DNA of 62,976 nucleotides, the filler included, from Folioceros fuciformis (taxonomy: Eukaryota): NCBI GenBank assembly GCA_049999805.1. It is 8 parts of 8 records of this genome, joined end to end, with 100 filler letters (N's around TTAATTAATTAA, not from the genome) between each part and the next. Parts side by side here need not be neighbours in the genome. Positions count along the whole stretch, not along the records: positions 1 to 22,724 come from JBNGIO010001919.1; positions 22,825 to 25,735 come from JBNGIO010001922.1; 6 more parts are not named here. One strand, 5' to 3'. Position 1 is the first letter of the stretch; each line of letters starts with the position of its first letter. The position numbers were made by a program, and so were the translations under genes. The notes under the pieces were generated by a model, which was given only the letters and a program-made list of their open reading frames with translations, searched no databases and was not told the origin of the DNA. Positions 11,865 through 25,835 of this stretch are shown piece by piece.

Positions 11865-13367
11865 ATGGCGGCTCACCTCACCAGCTTGCTCGTGTTGCTG
11901 TGCACCCTAGGCCTGCTGGAAGTCCTCTTCACAGGCTCCAATGGTGATCATCCTGCAGCCTCTGGGTTGCTTTGAGTTCTAGAGCGTGAAAACTGTATCT
12001 GTTGGATCGTGATTGTTTGGATGACGTTTATATGTGGAGGAGGAGGTTGATGGATGCTGACGGACAAACACTGTCGCTTCGCTCCTGTTGTGTAGCATGC
12101 GGGGACCCAAGGCACCTTCTGGAGACAAGCGCTCCTTCCTTCAGCTACGATGAGAACGACCCAACGGGGCCTTCGCACTGGGGAAGCCTGAGCCCAGACT
12201 GGACGACATGTGGAACAGGTAAAGCGCAGTCCCCGATTGCGCTCGTGAATCTCAGCGAGAAACGGAAGGGGATCCGGAGCCATCTCGGGCCGTTGAAATT
12301 CCAGTACCAGTCTGAAAAACAGAAGGCCACTTTGCGGACGAACAAACTAGCTATTGAGGTTGGAAAAGGACCGAACTTTGTGCCAAACGTCTGTTCTGCA
12401 CTCCGTCCACCCAGAGCTTGGTGTATACGTCTCCCGTACGCGTCCTCCCGGACTGGCCGTAACTGTCAGCGGTCTGCCTGCAGGTGGATGTGCAGGAGGG
12501 CTGGGGACGGATTCGAGTGGAAAATGAATACTACCACTTCAGCAACTTCCACTTCCACGCCCCGAGCGAGCACACGATCGACAAAGTGAGGTAATATAAA
12601 CGCACGCACAAACGTTCGAACGAAGAGTAGGTGTAAGAAGCAGTTTACGAAGATGTCATCTCTCGCCATGCCATCGGCGATGCATATGGTGCACCCAGTC
12701 AGGACTGTATCGTACCAATAGAAGGAACAGTGGAATCGCCAGTACATTTGACGCAGCTCTCTGTCTCATCACCAGGTACGATTTGGAGCTGCACATCGTC
12801 CACAAGAGCAAAGACGACACCAATATTGCAGTGCTAGGCATTCTCTTCAAAGTGGGAAAGAAGCGAAGCAATTTCCTGAAGCAGGTGAGTGAGAGTGTGT
12901 GCACGCGGAGAAGTTTTCTCTACAGCATGAGACTCGGAGTTACAAAATCAGCCGCGTTTGTGGTCCGAGTCCGACCCTGACAGAGGCCTGTTCTACACAG
13001 TTTTGGTCCCATCTTCCCAGTACGGTACAACCCAACACCACCAGTGAGGCGAAGGTAAGGATGAAGGGGTTGGACATCGAGAAGAAAACGAAGTACTGGC
13101 GTTACAAGGGCTCCCTCACCTCCCCACCTTGCGCAGAAGGGGTCACTTGGACCGTCTTGAAAGACGTTGACACCATGAGCAAGAAACAGATGGCCCACTT
13201 TTTGGAGGCGTCACCGGTATGTGACTATGCGTGTTTGGGTTACCAGTTGGATCTACTATCGAGCATCACGTCATGTCTGATCCCGCTCCCCTGGATTGTT
13301 GCAGAAACACAACGCCAGGCCACTGCAGAAGCTAAATGGTCGGAAGGTCACCAGTTACGACGGCTAG
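11865..13367 (+). CDS. Alpha-carbonic anhydrase with N-terminal signal peptide, 278 aa, 6 exons
   Basis: Exons 11865-11943, 12096-12358, 12484-12590, 12776-12884, 13001-13216 and 13305-13367 splice in frame (837 nt). Motifs GPSHWG, CGTGKAQSPI, FHFHAPSEH, LELHIVH, YWRYKGSLTSPPCAEGVTW and NARPLQKLNGR; three Zn-His ligands intact. Hydrophobic start MAAHLTSLLVLLCTLGLL. Confidence 0.93.
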
Positions 13368-14175
13368 AAGCAGTCATGCTAGTTATTTTGAAGCTACTAG
13401 CTGGAAGGAGATTGTAGCGCGCATGCACGGTTCTGAGATTGTATCTTTAATGAATATTCTATTTGGAATTCTTATTTCCTATCTGTATAACAAAGACAGA
13501 GCCTCAGGTCTTGGAGCCTCTGAACACCATTCGGTTCACACTTACTGTCAGCAGGGATCGGAAACAGCAGATACAGTCCCTGTCGCGCCATTTCCTACCT
13601 CCTGCTCTGGATTTCTCCTCAACCACTGTGTGTGATTTTCAAGCTCCTTGCCACCATCCAGTCTTGCATATCGACGATTCTAGGCGCCACAGGAGTACAC
13701 AATGCCTCAATCTTCCCTGACTCAATTGTTGTCATCTCTTGCAAACAAATCCGTCGAGGAGAAGTGTCTTGATGACACGGGCAAAAGTTGCCCACAAATA
13801 CGTTAAGGCGGTAAAGAGTGTCATAAATGTCTCAGGAGGATGCACAAAAGCTCAAACCAAGACGCTGCTCCCGACTGCGCGTGCCGTGTCGTGCAGTGAA
13901 TGTGTCCCTAAACGACGGGAGCGTTGGTCAGAGACGCTGCCATGACCCATAGACTTGAGCATGTTCAACGCTTAAATACAATCTGGGCGGCACTGTGATC
14001 TACAAGGGTGCACAGAGGTTGACAGTGTATCAGCACTAGCGCAACGTCTGACCTGAAGTGAGAGCACCCAGATGCAGGGAGAGACCTCATGCTACTGTGC
14101 TAGAGTATCAGGTGGGCCTCCTCTCCGATGCCAAGGCTGTCTTGATGCCTGAGAGAATGGCGATTTCCGCAGGGC

Positions 14176-16745
<2,570 letters not shown>

Positions 16746-17062
16746 GGCCGTTGCAGATTGAGCTGCGGAATCTACTGCGGCTCCGACCGCATCAGTCGTG
16801 ATTCCCGTCGAGACAGCTCTCCATGGATCAGCAAAGATGCCAGGTGGCGACAATTCGCCAGCCTCTAGGATGTGTGCCCACTATGACGCGCAGCGTGCTG
16901 TGGTCTGGTGCTGTCGATTATCTTTCGCATTTGAATGAATAGCCGTGGGACCTCGTGGCGGTCTCGCTCTGGTGGGTCTGTACAACCCGACCTACCACTG
17001 TGCGCATCCTGCAGTTGAGAACAAAAGTAAGGCTGGGCCAAGAAAACGTTGGCAACCCCCCA

Positions 17063-17135
17063 CCGGCCCGGCCCGACCCGGCCCGACCCGACCCGACCCG
17101 ATACGATACGATACGATACGATACGATACGATACG
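17063..17135. repeat. Compound pentanucleotide microsatellite (CCCGA/CCCGG)n(ATACG)n
   Basis: Directly visible upstream of glutathione reductase. Confidence 0.9.
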
Positions 17136-17399
17136 AGACCAACAACGTCGTATGTAAAGACTTTCCTCCTCAAATGAGACGAAAACTACTTCTTTATTTC
17201 ATCCTGAATCGGTTGATCCATCATTTCGACATGCAAGTGAGTTAATTTAATATCTAAGGTGGAGTTGCTGCACTCGTTTCTCTCGTCAACTAAGCAAGGT
17301 GTAAGGGTATGAAATACCGATACGTGTGGAATACCGATACTAAGAGGAGTTCTTTCATACATATTTAAGAGCGATGGTATACGGTGCAAAGATAAAAAG

Positions 17400-18510
17400 G
17401 GACATAGGGTTTGTGTCCGTTTCGGTCATAAGGCAGAAAGTAGGTGTCCCGATCTTTCGGTCATAAAAGGCAGAAATTAGGTGTCCCGATCTAAGTTAGT
17501 TAGGACACCGATGACGTAGAGGGTGCACCCATAACTGATGAGGTCGATTGCGGCATGTCATTGGACAGCACGGAGGGGCGGGTTCTGGAGACAGTTTTTG
17601 ACAGTGCTAACGACTGCCCATCCTCCCCAGACCTTGGCGGTGGCATCTCGCACTCTCCAGTGGCCTCCGACCCTGAGTTGTGGCCACACCCCGCGCAACG
17701 CATCGCTCTTTCCACCAGTGTTGTTGTCGCACTCGGTGGGCCAGATGTTCCCACAAGGGAAGTGGCTGGGTCGGATGGGTGCACTCCCCCTGCGCCGCGC
17801 TATGATCTTGACACTCGAAGTGTCCTCCATGCATGTAAGTAGCTAACGGAGGGAACGAGAAGAGGTGCTTCTCGCAACGTGGCAGTTGACCTTTTTAGCC
17901 GTGGAGGAGTTGCGCAGCATCATGCCAGATGCAATGAAGGGGAAGAGTAAGGCAGGGCCAAGCCACAACGGTGGCTGAACCTCATTGGACGCTGCACTCT
18001 TCTTTGAGATCCTTGGTAGCCTGCTACACCGTGCTGCAATGACGGACGAAGGGGATGCGGACGCCGGAGCTGATGCCCTCACCAAACTCCAATACACCAA
18101 GCTCAGAAACTTCACACACTCTCTCTCATTGGACAGAGTGTGTTAAGTTCTGTGATTCTTTAAAGACTGTGTCCTTTCGGGACACAAAATTGGTTAGAGA
18201 TATTTAAAACAATTTGGTATACGGTGTGTACTTAGGGTTGGATGATGTGGCAAGGTATAATATAGGAATATTTCTGAGATGCCATAGAATATTCATGTAT
18301 GAAATACGTATTCCAAAAAAAATAACTCCGTAGTCCTTGTCGGCATCGATATTCCATAGATACGGTCAGGAGCTCTTTCACACAAACTTTAGGGCGGCGA
18401 TATAGGGTCCAAACATTTTGAACATAACATATGTTCCCGCTTTGGTTATAGGGTATAAAGTAGGTGTCCCGATTGGGACATCTACTTTGTGCCCTATGAC
18501 CGATTCGGAC
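17400..18510. mobile_element. Probable non-autonomous DNA-element remnant with a repeated ~30-bp motif
   Basis: The motif TCGGTCATA..GGCA.AAAGTAGGTGTCCCGAT occurs tandemly at ~17422 and ~17457 and as a head-to-head hairpin at ~18442-18502. Confidence 0.35.
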
Positions 18511-19195
18511 TGGGGCGAGGTGTTACCCGCAGCAAACAAGGCGACGCGCAACAGTGGGAGGCAGCAACGGAGGCAATGTCATAGACACCAACGCATGTGA
18601 TTCGGGAGCCCAAATTGCGATGCCAATTGATAGCCGTCACTCACGGCAGTGTCAATCGGACCCCTCACGGCGGTGTCTTAAAACACTGGGTTAATTGGGA
18701 CGAATCTTAAAACAATGTGTGTATGAACTGAAATAAAGAACAAAGGATGTGTCCCTCTCAGTCCACATACACATACAGGTTACAGTTAGAGAAAAAAAAT
18801 CCCTATATGTTGTATAGGTAAGTTAGTGGCTAGGTTGAGTATAGAAATATTCCCGAGATGCAACTGCATATTTTTATAGAAAATACAAAAATACCTAAAA
18901 AAACATCAGTGTGTAGCATCCGAATCGGTATTCCATCGTAAGGGTTTAGGCTCTATGGCCCTAGGATTAGCTTCTTAGGGTAGCTAGTAGTTCCGTGCTT
19001 CTCCGTGGTTCCCTTATGGGCTACGAATTCTACTATTTCTACATACAGTCTCGACATGAGTTTTCCAACTGCACATCCTTCTAGGAGTTTTATTTTCTGA
19101 AAAAGGAACGTGAAAAGAGTTTTACTTCTTGGCTTTGTAGTCGCCAGGTACTCTATCCAGTTGGCGTTGGCTTCGGCAGTGCTCAGGTGGAGGCG

Positions 19196-19837
19196 ATGCC
19201 GGCTCCCAAGTATTACTGTGACTACTGCGACAAGCAGTTCGACGATACGCCGGCTGCTCGTCGCCGCCATCTCAACGGTCCTCTGCACCAGCGCGCCAAG
19301 AAGCAGTGGTTCGACGCATTCAAAGGTAGGAGGAAGACCTACAGGATGGGTGCAGCACCTGCGTCTCTGCTCTGTGCCTGATCTACAAGTCGAATTTCTC
19401 TCTGGTTCTGTGTGGTGTTGCAGACGAAGACCAAACCCGCGCGCAAGGACAAAGTAGTGCTCCGCGAAGATTAGTATGCCATCAGTTTTCCAGAACTGTA
19501 AGTTGCTCTTTTCTGTGAAGAATTGAGAATGTCGGACAGCCGGACCGCTCTGTATGTCTCTAACGATGGACGTGTGTTTTTAGGGTTTCTGCCCTTTCGG
19601 GGTGCAGTGTAGATATGCCCACATTGTTCCAAGCCCATGGTCGGCAGTGCCGGGTAAGAGCAGCTTTCTTGCGTTGTGAGTTGGAATGGGGCCGAGTTCC
19701 AGGCTCAAGGACGGGAACAACAATGTCTCATGTCCTGTGCAGTAGTGCCTGCTGTCCGTCCGGAGGCCTATCTTCCACCGTCTCTCCAACCTCCTCGAGA
19801 AGACTACAGCCACCTGCCGCCTGTCGAGTGGGGCTGA
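19196..19837 (+). CDS. ZMAT5: U11/U12 snRNP 20K-like zinc finger protein (U1-type matrin + CCCH)
   Basis: Exons 19196-19325, 19424-19497, 19584-19653, 19743-19837. Peptides KYYCDYCDKQFDDTPAARRRHLNGPLH, CHQFSRTGFCPFGVQCRYAH and LPPSLQPP...LPPVEWG*. Confidence 0.88.
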
Positions 19838-20185
19838 TAAAGGACTAAGGCGGTTATGCTTTACAAAACCTGCAAGGAGGATGCCCCGCTTACTTATCAG
19901 CAACGTAGCGTTGTCGACATGTCCACGAAATGCTGCCGCCAATAGGCCCTTGCTTATTTGGTGCTAAAGGGAAAATAATTTGTATACAATCTGAGGGCAA
20001 CTGGTGGTACTACTGGTATAGCTAGGAGGAGGATAATAGTACAAGCTTGTCTTGGGTCCCTTAAGACAAACTTCACTTGTCCTACTTATATGTACAGTGA
20101 GAAAAGGAAGAACAAGCTAGCAAGACGAATCTATGCAACACCTTCCACTAAAGAATAGCTTGAGACATTGATAGAGGAAAGAAAA

Positions 20186-21358
20186 TCACCAGTCTCGCAC
20201 GGCAACGAGAGGCAATGTCCTCTTTACTTCAACCTCTGGCTCTGGCACGAACTGCAGATCGGGAGACTCCAAATCCGCCAAATTTTTCAAGTCCACCACA
20301 GAAAGATTATCCAATCTGGAAACAATCAGGTCCGCAGCTCCCAACTCGTAAACAGGGTGCTTCCCAGCTACCGCCACGCACTTCATGCCGGCGTCATGCG
20401 AGGCCTCAACTGAAGAATTGGAGTTTCCGAACACGATGCACCTCTCGGGGATAAAGCTGAGTCGCTCGGCTGCATACAAGAACAACTCGGGATCCGGCTT
20501 CCCTCGACATACATCCTCCGCTGTAATTACGGCAGAAAAGAAACCCTCCATCCCCAATGCCTCGATGGCGCGGTCCAGGTAACGCCGAGGCCGGGTGGAG
20601 GCGATGGCCATGGGAACATTGAACTTCTTCAGTGTCTCCAAAAACTCCCGAGCCCCCGCCCGGAGCCGGTAAGTCCCGCCCTGCATCTCTTCATACAGCT
20701 CCTCCTTCCTGGTAGCCAGACGCTTCAGCTGGCGGAAGTCCCGAGTCCAACACAGCACCTCGGACAGCGCCTGTTCGTTCTTCATGCCGTCCACCCGCTT
20801 AAGCACGAACAGCGGGGGCTGCGGCCTACCTTCCTCCTGCGCCAGCGCGCACCACGCATTCCGCTCCAGATCCACATCGCTCTCTACCACCACGCCTTCC
20901 CACTCCATTACAACTCCCAGCCACCCGCACCCCATCCGCTCCAGCCTCCGCAGCGGATTCTGCAGCGAGATGTCATCCGCCCTGTTCTCCGGCAACACCG
21001 GCATGGACGGCCGGGCGGTGGCCTGTGAGAAGGACACGTCCAGCGTCTGCCGAGTGCCATCGCTCGGCACCTCGGTGGCATCATTCGCAAAAGACCGCAG
21101 CACAACATTGATTTGGGGTTGGGGTTTCAATGCCTTCACCTGACCCCGGTCCATCGCCAGCCTCCTCCACTTCTTCCCTTCCGAATCCAAACCCCAGGAC
21201 ACCGAGGCCCCATCCCACTTTTCATCCGACCACACTCTTGGTTGGACCCCGAGGAGAATCACCCTCCGCCCCGGTCGCTCCACATCCAGCACCGCTCCAA
21301 CCGAACCCACCCGCACCCTCCCCGGATGCAGGGTTTCCACGAGCCGCAAGGACCCCAT
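20186..21358 (-). CDS. PYRP2: Plastid HAD phosphatase, 5-amino-6-(5-phospho-D-ribitylamino)uracil phosphatase family; intronless
   Basis: 390-aa ORF with NPLRRLERMGCGWLGVVMEWEGV, RGKPDPELF, IPERCIVFGNSN, HPVYELGAADL and LSVVDLKNLAD. Confidence 0.88.
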   Translation of the reverse strand: MGSLRLVETLHPGRVRVGSVGAVLDVERPGRRVILLGVQPRVWSDEKWDGASVSWGLDSEGKKWRRLAMDRGQVKALKPQPQINVVLRSFANDATEVPSDGTRQTLDVSFSQATARPSMPVLPENRADDISLQNPLRRLERMGCGWLGVVMEWEGVVVESDVDLERNAWCALAQEEGRPQPPLFVLKRVDGMKNEQALSEVLCWTRDFRQLKRLATRKEELYEEMQGGTYRLRAGAREFLETLKKFNVPMAIASTRPRRYLDRAIEALGMEGFFSAVITAEDVCRGKPDPELFLYAAERLSFIPERCIVFGNSNSSVEASHDAGMKCVAVAGKHPVYELGAADLIVSRLDNLSVVDLKNLADLESPDLQFVPEPEVEVKRTLPLVAVRDW

Positions 21359-22114
21359 GACTGGAGGACCTCACCACCGGCCGGCACCACAATCCCGCGA
21401 ATTTCTTTACCTCACAATAATCCCTTCACCACAACACGTACACTCCACATCCAGTTCTCCCGATGGGCCTGCTCACTCAAACCTGAGCGATGATGGACGG
21501 CCTCGCTCGCCTCTCAGTCAGGCAGCTCCGGAAAAGCGATGTAACGAAGGGAGTAAGGCGCACAGCACAGCACAGCACGGCACGGCACGGCACCAGGCTG
21601 CGCGATTCAGCAAGGAACATGCAGGCAGCGGGCGCATATATAGCCAGCGATGCCGTGCCGGCCAGGGAGCAACTCGGAGGAAGCACCAAGCTTCTCGGTA
21701 ACGCGTTGAAGCTTCTTCCTTCCTCGGTCGACTCTCCCGTCCGTCCTCCCCTTCAAGGCAGCTGAGCAAGAGGTGCACGAAAGCCAATTGAACCTGGCCT
21801 GTAATCACACGCACTCCACTACCGTTTTACGTGGCATCCTGTCCAAGCAATTGCGCCCGATTTTTCCACCTCGCCACGTTTCGTAGGTGCGTTCTCCCAC
21901 ACACATGTGATATTCACGAATGAATCACGAAAGAGAGGACCAGTAATGGCACAAGTGAAATAACGATGGAAAATTAAAAGTAGAAAGATAAAAATTACAT
22001 CTAAAGCTGACTTCATAAAGAAGTAAGTATGCTTCTTGCTACGTTTGGAAACAAGATGTGTGTTCTAGGCAAAACCTCTTAAACAAGGATGAGTTGTAAT
22101 GACCACTAACTCTA

Positions 22115-22485
22115 TGAGAGGAGTGGTGCGTATTATTCTCAGCTTTACTTGTGGAGTAAGAGTGGTGCATATTATTCCCAGCTTTAGTTGTGGAGTAAAA
22201 ATAGGCGAATGCTTAGGCACGGACACAAAAATATAGAGAGAGGTAGACAATGAGAAAGTTGTGGAGTAAGAGTGGTACGTATTATTCCCAGCTTTAGTTG
22301 TGGAGTAAAAATAGGTGAAGCTTTAGTGGTGGAGTAAAAATAGGCGAAGCTTTAGTGATGGAGTAAAAATAGGCGAAGCTTTAGTGGCGGAGTAAAAATA
22401 GGCAAAGCTTTAGTGGTGGAGTAAAAATAGGCGAATACTTAGGCACAGACAGAAAGATATAGAGAGAGGTAGACAGTGAGAAGTC
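22115..22485. repeat. Tandem repeat array: ~5 copies of a 29-bp unit GTGGAGTAAAAATAGGCGAAGCTTTAGTG within a larger duplicated block
   Basis: Directly visible; adjacent to a contig end. Confidence 0.85.
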
Positions 22486-22724
22486 TAGCCTTAAAACATA
22501 GCTGTGGAAGGCTTGAAGAGCAAGCTTGTCAGATTGAGTCTAGGGTAGTAGCCAGTGGGGTGTAGATCACCAGACTCTTTTGTAAGAATCTTGAATAAAG
22601 AATAGCACCACTAGAGGAGGTGGTTTGCAAATGGTCAGTGGATGGTGGCGGGCTACTTGGAGCCTAGTGCAGAGTAGTGTGAGAGCCTAGTGCAGAGTAA
22701 TATGAGAAGGAGTGAGTGCTTGTA

Positions 22725-22824
22725 NNNNNNNNNNNNNNNNNNNNNNNNNNNNNNNNNNNNNNNNNNNNTTAATTAATTAANNNNNNNNNNNNNNNNNNNN
22801 NNNNNNNNNNNNNNNNNNNNNNNN
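22725..22824. other. Artificial contig linker (44N-TTAATTAATTAA-44N)
   Basis: The same 100-bp structure occurs seven times and has stop codons in all six frames. Confidence 0.97.
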
Positions 22825-25735
22825 CCAAACGTACAGTACAGGAATATTTAATGGTGGTTAGTAATCGAAATACTAAACGTTCGGACACAAATTGCATGGA
22901 AACGGAGGAGGGAGACTTAGTGTGTTATGTACTTACGTACTTTACTTTACTTGTTTACTTAACCAGCCTAGTCCCCATGTTATGTTTGTACTGCGCTAGC
23001 TAGCTATTATTCGGCAGTACAGTTTAGTAGTACAGATGCAGGAAACAGATGCGGCAAGCTTGGGAGTGATTTAAGGGTCATTGACCGTATGGAGATGCTG
23101 CAGTGAGGGAAAACAGTTAAAATGTTGAGACTCGAAGACGAAATTAAGATCCCAGCTTTGCGGTGGAGTGGAGTGTAGCTGTTTTTATTGGGGTGGTGGT
23201 ATGGGAGAATGTGGGGCAGGAAATGGGGGTGGGTGTGCGGCCTGTGGGTTGTAGAATGTTGACACGATTCCGGGGGAGCCAACAATTCATGTGGCTCACG
23301 ACGAGAGGAAGTGGAACAAGTACGTTTGTGTTAAGGTAATGGGCGAGCTAATTACGTCATGGTAGCCCAATATGTGCACATGATAAGAGGAAGGGCCTCT
23401 GGAACCACGTCTTGGAGTACTGGATAGCTTTTGCAGATAGGCAGATAGGTGGAGGAATGTGTCAGCAAGCACATTAGAGGCTATCACCATATGCCTCTGA
23501 CGTACCCAGAAGTTCCAAATGCTTTGAAACGGGAGTTGGGGTGGAGACATCGAGCACACGTTTTTTCATTTCACGGAATATGAGGCTTATTTTTTGGGGT
23601 TTTGTGAAGCTGTTTTTTTTCTGGGCGTAAGAGACTCAAGTACAATTTTTTGATATGGAATATACATTGCATTCGGACGCTACACCGTGGTGGCATGTAC
23701 CCGCGCACCACCACTCCACTGCACCTTGCACATTCATGAATGCTCTCAGCTTTGCCTGCTCGCAAATGATGAATTTGGACAGTCGGAATTTCGGACACCA
23801 AATAGCGCGCGTGTTCGCGTTCGTGTTCAAGTGTGTGATATTGGCAAGTGAGGGAGCGACAAAGCGACAAAACGCACAGGCTGGTTGTGAGTCGTGATGT
23901 TGTAGTTACATCGCGTCCCATGGCATCGCATCGCATCCCTCTGAGGCCTGCCCCTGTCATATTGCTGCAAATAGCCTCTGCCTGGCTATCTCCTTCTCAA
24001 AGAGGAGGGCGCCAGGCGACAGTTCTAGTCAGCATGCTGCCCGGGACACGCCCAATGAGCTGCCACCACCCCGCTTTTGGCCCCGCCTTACCGGCTATGG
24101 GCCCACGCTCTGCCCCTCCCTCTCTAATTCCTCAAACCCTAATTCGTAATTCGTGCCCTGAGTTTGAACACTCGCAGGAGTAGGAAGCAGGAATGTAGGA
24201 TTCTGGTTTTGATAGTGTAGGAGGAATCGTGCAGCAGATGCATCACACCACAGCATATTGTATGTATGTAATACTGCAATGCGCCTCACACCAGGGAGAA
24301 TCTGCATTTTGTATGTATGCACTATTGTAGTGTGACTTTATATTTGGAAGATTGGTGCAGCACTCCATACCGCTTGCTTGACTGAAAGGACTCCTTAACC
24401 ATATGTGAAAATGCGAAGTGCAAGAGTTTGACCAAGTCGTTGTAGTGGAAGAGTAGACCAAGTCATTGTAGCACAAGAGTCGGACCACAATATGACCACA
24501 AAGATTGCTTGACCAACAGTGAAGGATCATTGCAAAAAGACTGCCTGGCCGATTGTGAAAGATCATTCTAGTGGAAGAGTTGAGCAAGGGTATGAATGCA
24601 AGTAGACTGCACTGTGCGCGAATCTAGAAATCCATTTGACCGTCCTGCAAGAATGTGAAGGAATAAAAGTGCTTCCATAGGGGTGCATATTATAGGCACA
24701 CGCTCGCTCGGTGTAGCACTTGAGGTAGTCGTGCAACCTTTCCTACTCCTTGTATGTCCTTGTCTTGAACAGTCTTCTCATATCAACGTTAAAGCTGACA
24801 GACCTCAAGGAAAAGAAGCATGACAATGTCGCCTTCTCATACATATGTCTCCATTAAAAGCTGATAGACTGCAAGGACAAGGAGCATGAAGACCTTCTCA
24901 TATCTTCATTAAAGCTGACAGAACTCAAGGAAAGGGGGCTTGGCAAAAAGGCCTGCGTCCATACTGCCCTACTTCGATCAATCTTTCACATCATAGGTTG
25001 GTTGCAATGCGATCACATCATAGATTGGTTGCATTCGCATCGCAAAGTTCTTCTTCGCCACTCGTACTACCTTCCTTCACACACACAATCTATGTAGGCT
25101 TTCACACAAAGCGCCGCATACCATATCACCTCTCGCTGTCGCTGCACGTGCAATGCAACACAATGGAGAGCAAAGTAAAGAAAGCGAAGGGTTCAAGAAA
25201 AGGGAAGGGATGGGAAGAACGATCCTCTATGGCACTGCAGCCAAGTGTACTCTTGTATATATGGGGTTTCTGTACTTAGGGTTTTTGAATAAGGTCTTCT
25301 GCCGCAAAGGTGACCAAAACTACGGAAATATGTACTTATGTATGTATCTTACGCCGGCCGTAATCTGGGTTGTTAGGCAGCCAAAGCTCGGGCGTGCGAG
25401 GGTGAAGGCCTGATAAAGTAGAATATGCTTCTGGATATCCGTCGCATGATCCCTGATTAAGAAAGAGTCAGTTACGTTACCGGAGACGACCGGATCTGGC
25501 CTCATTCATAATGGAGGACCTGAGCGTGACCTGAGCCGGAAACCTAATTGGTATGGTCTGCCTTTTGTGGCCCGAGCGCGCACTTGTTTTTCCTTTTTTT
25601 TTCCTCTCCCTCTCCTCTCTCGCTTCTCCGCCTCCTCTCCCTTTCTCCCTTCTCCCCGCTGCGTCTCGAGTGTGGTGTCTGGCTCGGCTCGGCTCTGCTC
25701 CGCTTTGCTCGGCTCGGCCCTGCGCTGTGCCGCTC

Positions 25736-25835
25736 NNNNNNNNNNNNNNNNNNNNNNNNNNNNNNNNNNNNNNNNNNNNTTAATTAATTAANNNNNNNNN
25801 NNNNNNNNNNNNNNNNNNNNNNNNNNNNNNNNNNN
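25736..25835. other. Artificial contig linker
   Basis: N-run with central TTAATTAATTAA. Confidence 0.97.

Noticed and set aside
22115-22485. CRISPR-like 29-bp repeats
   Set aside because: Units are head-to-tail without unique spacers; eukaryotic context and no cas genes.
22769-22780. TTAATTAATTAA palindrome as a biological site
   Set aside because: Occurs only centred in identical N-runs; an assembly artefact.
24360-24690. Possible LRR remnant (HLTVLQECEGIKVLP)
   Set aside because: A single weak motif, insufficient to call.
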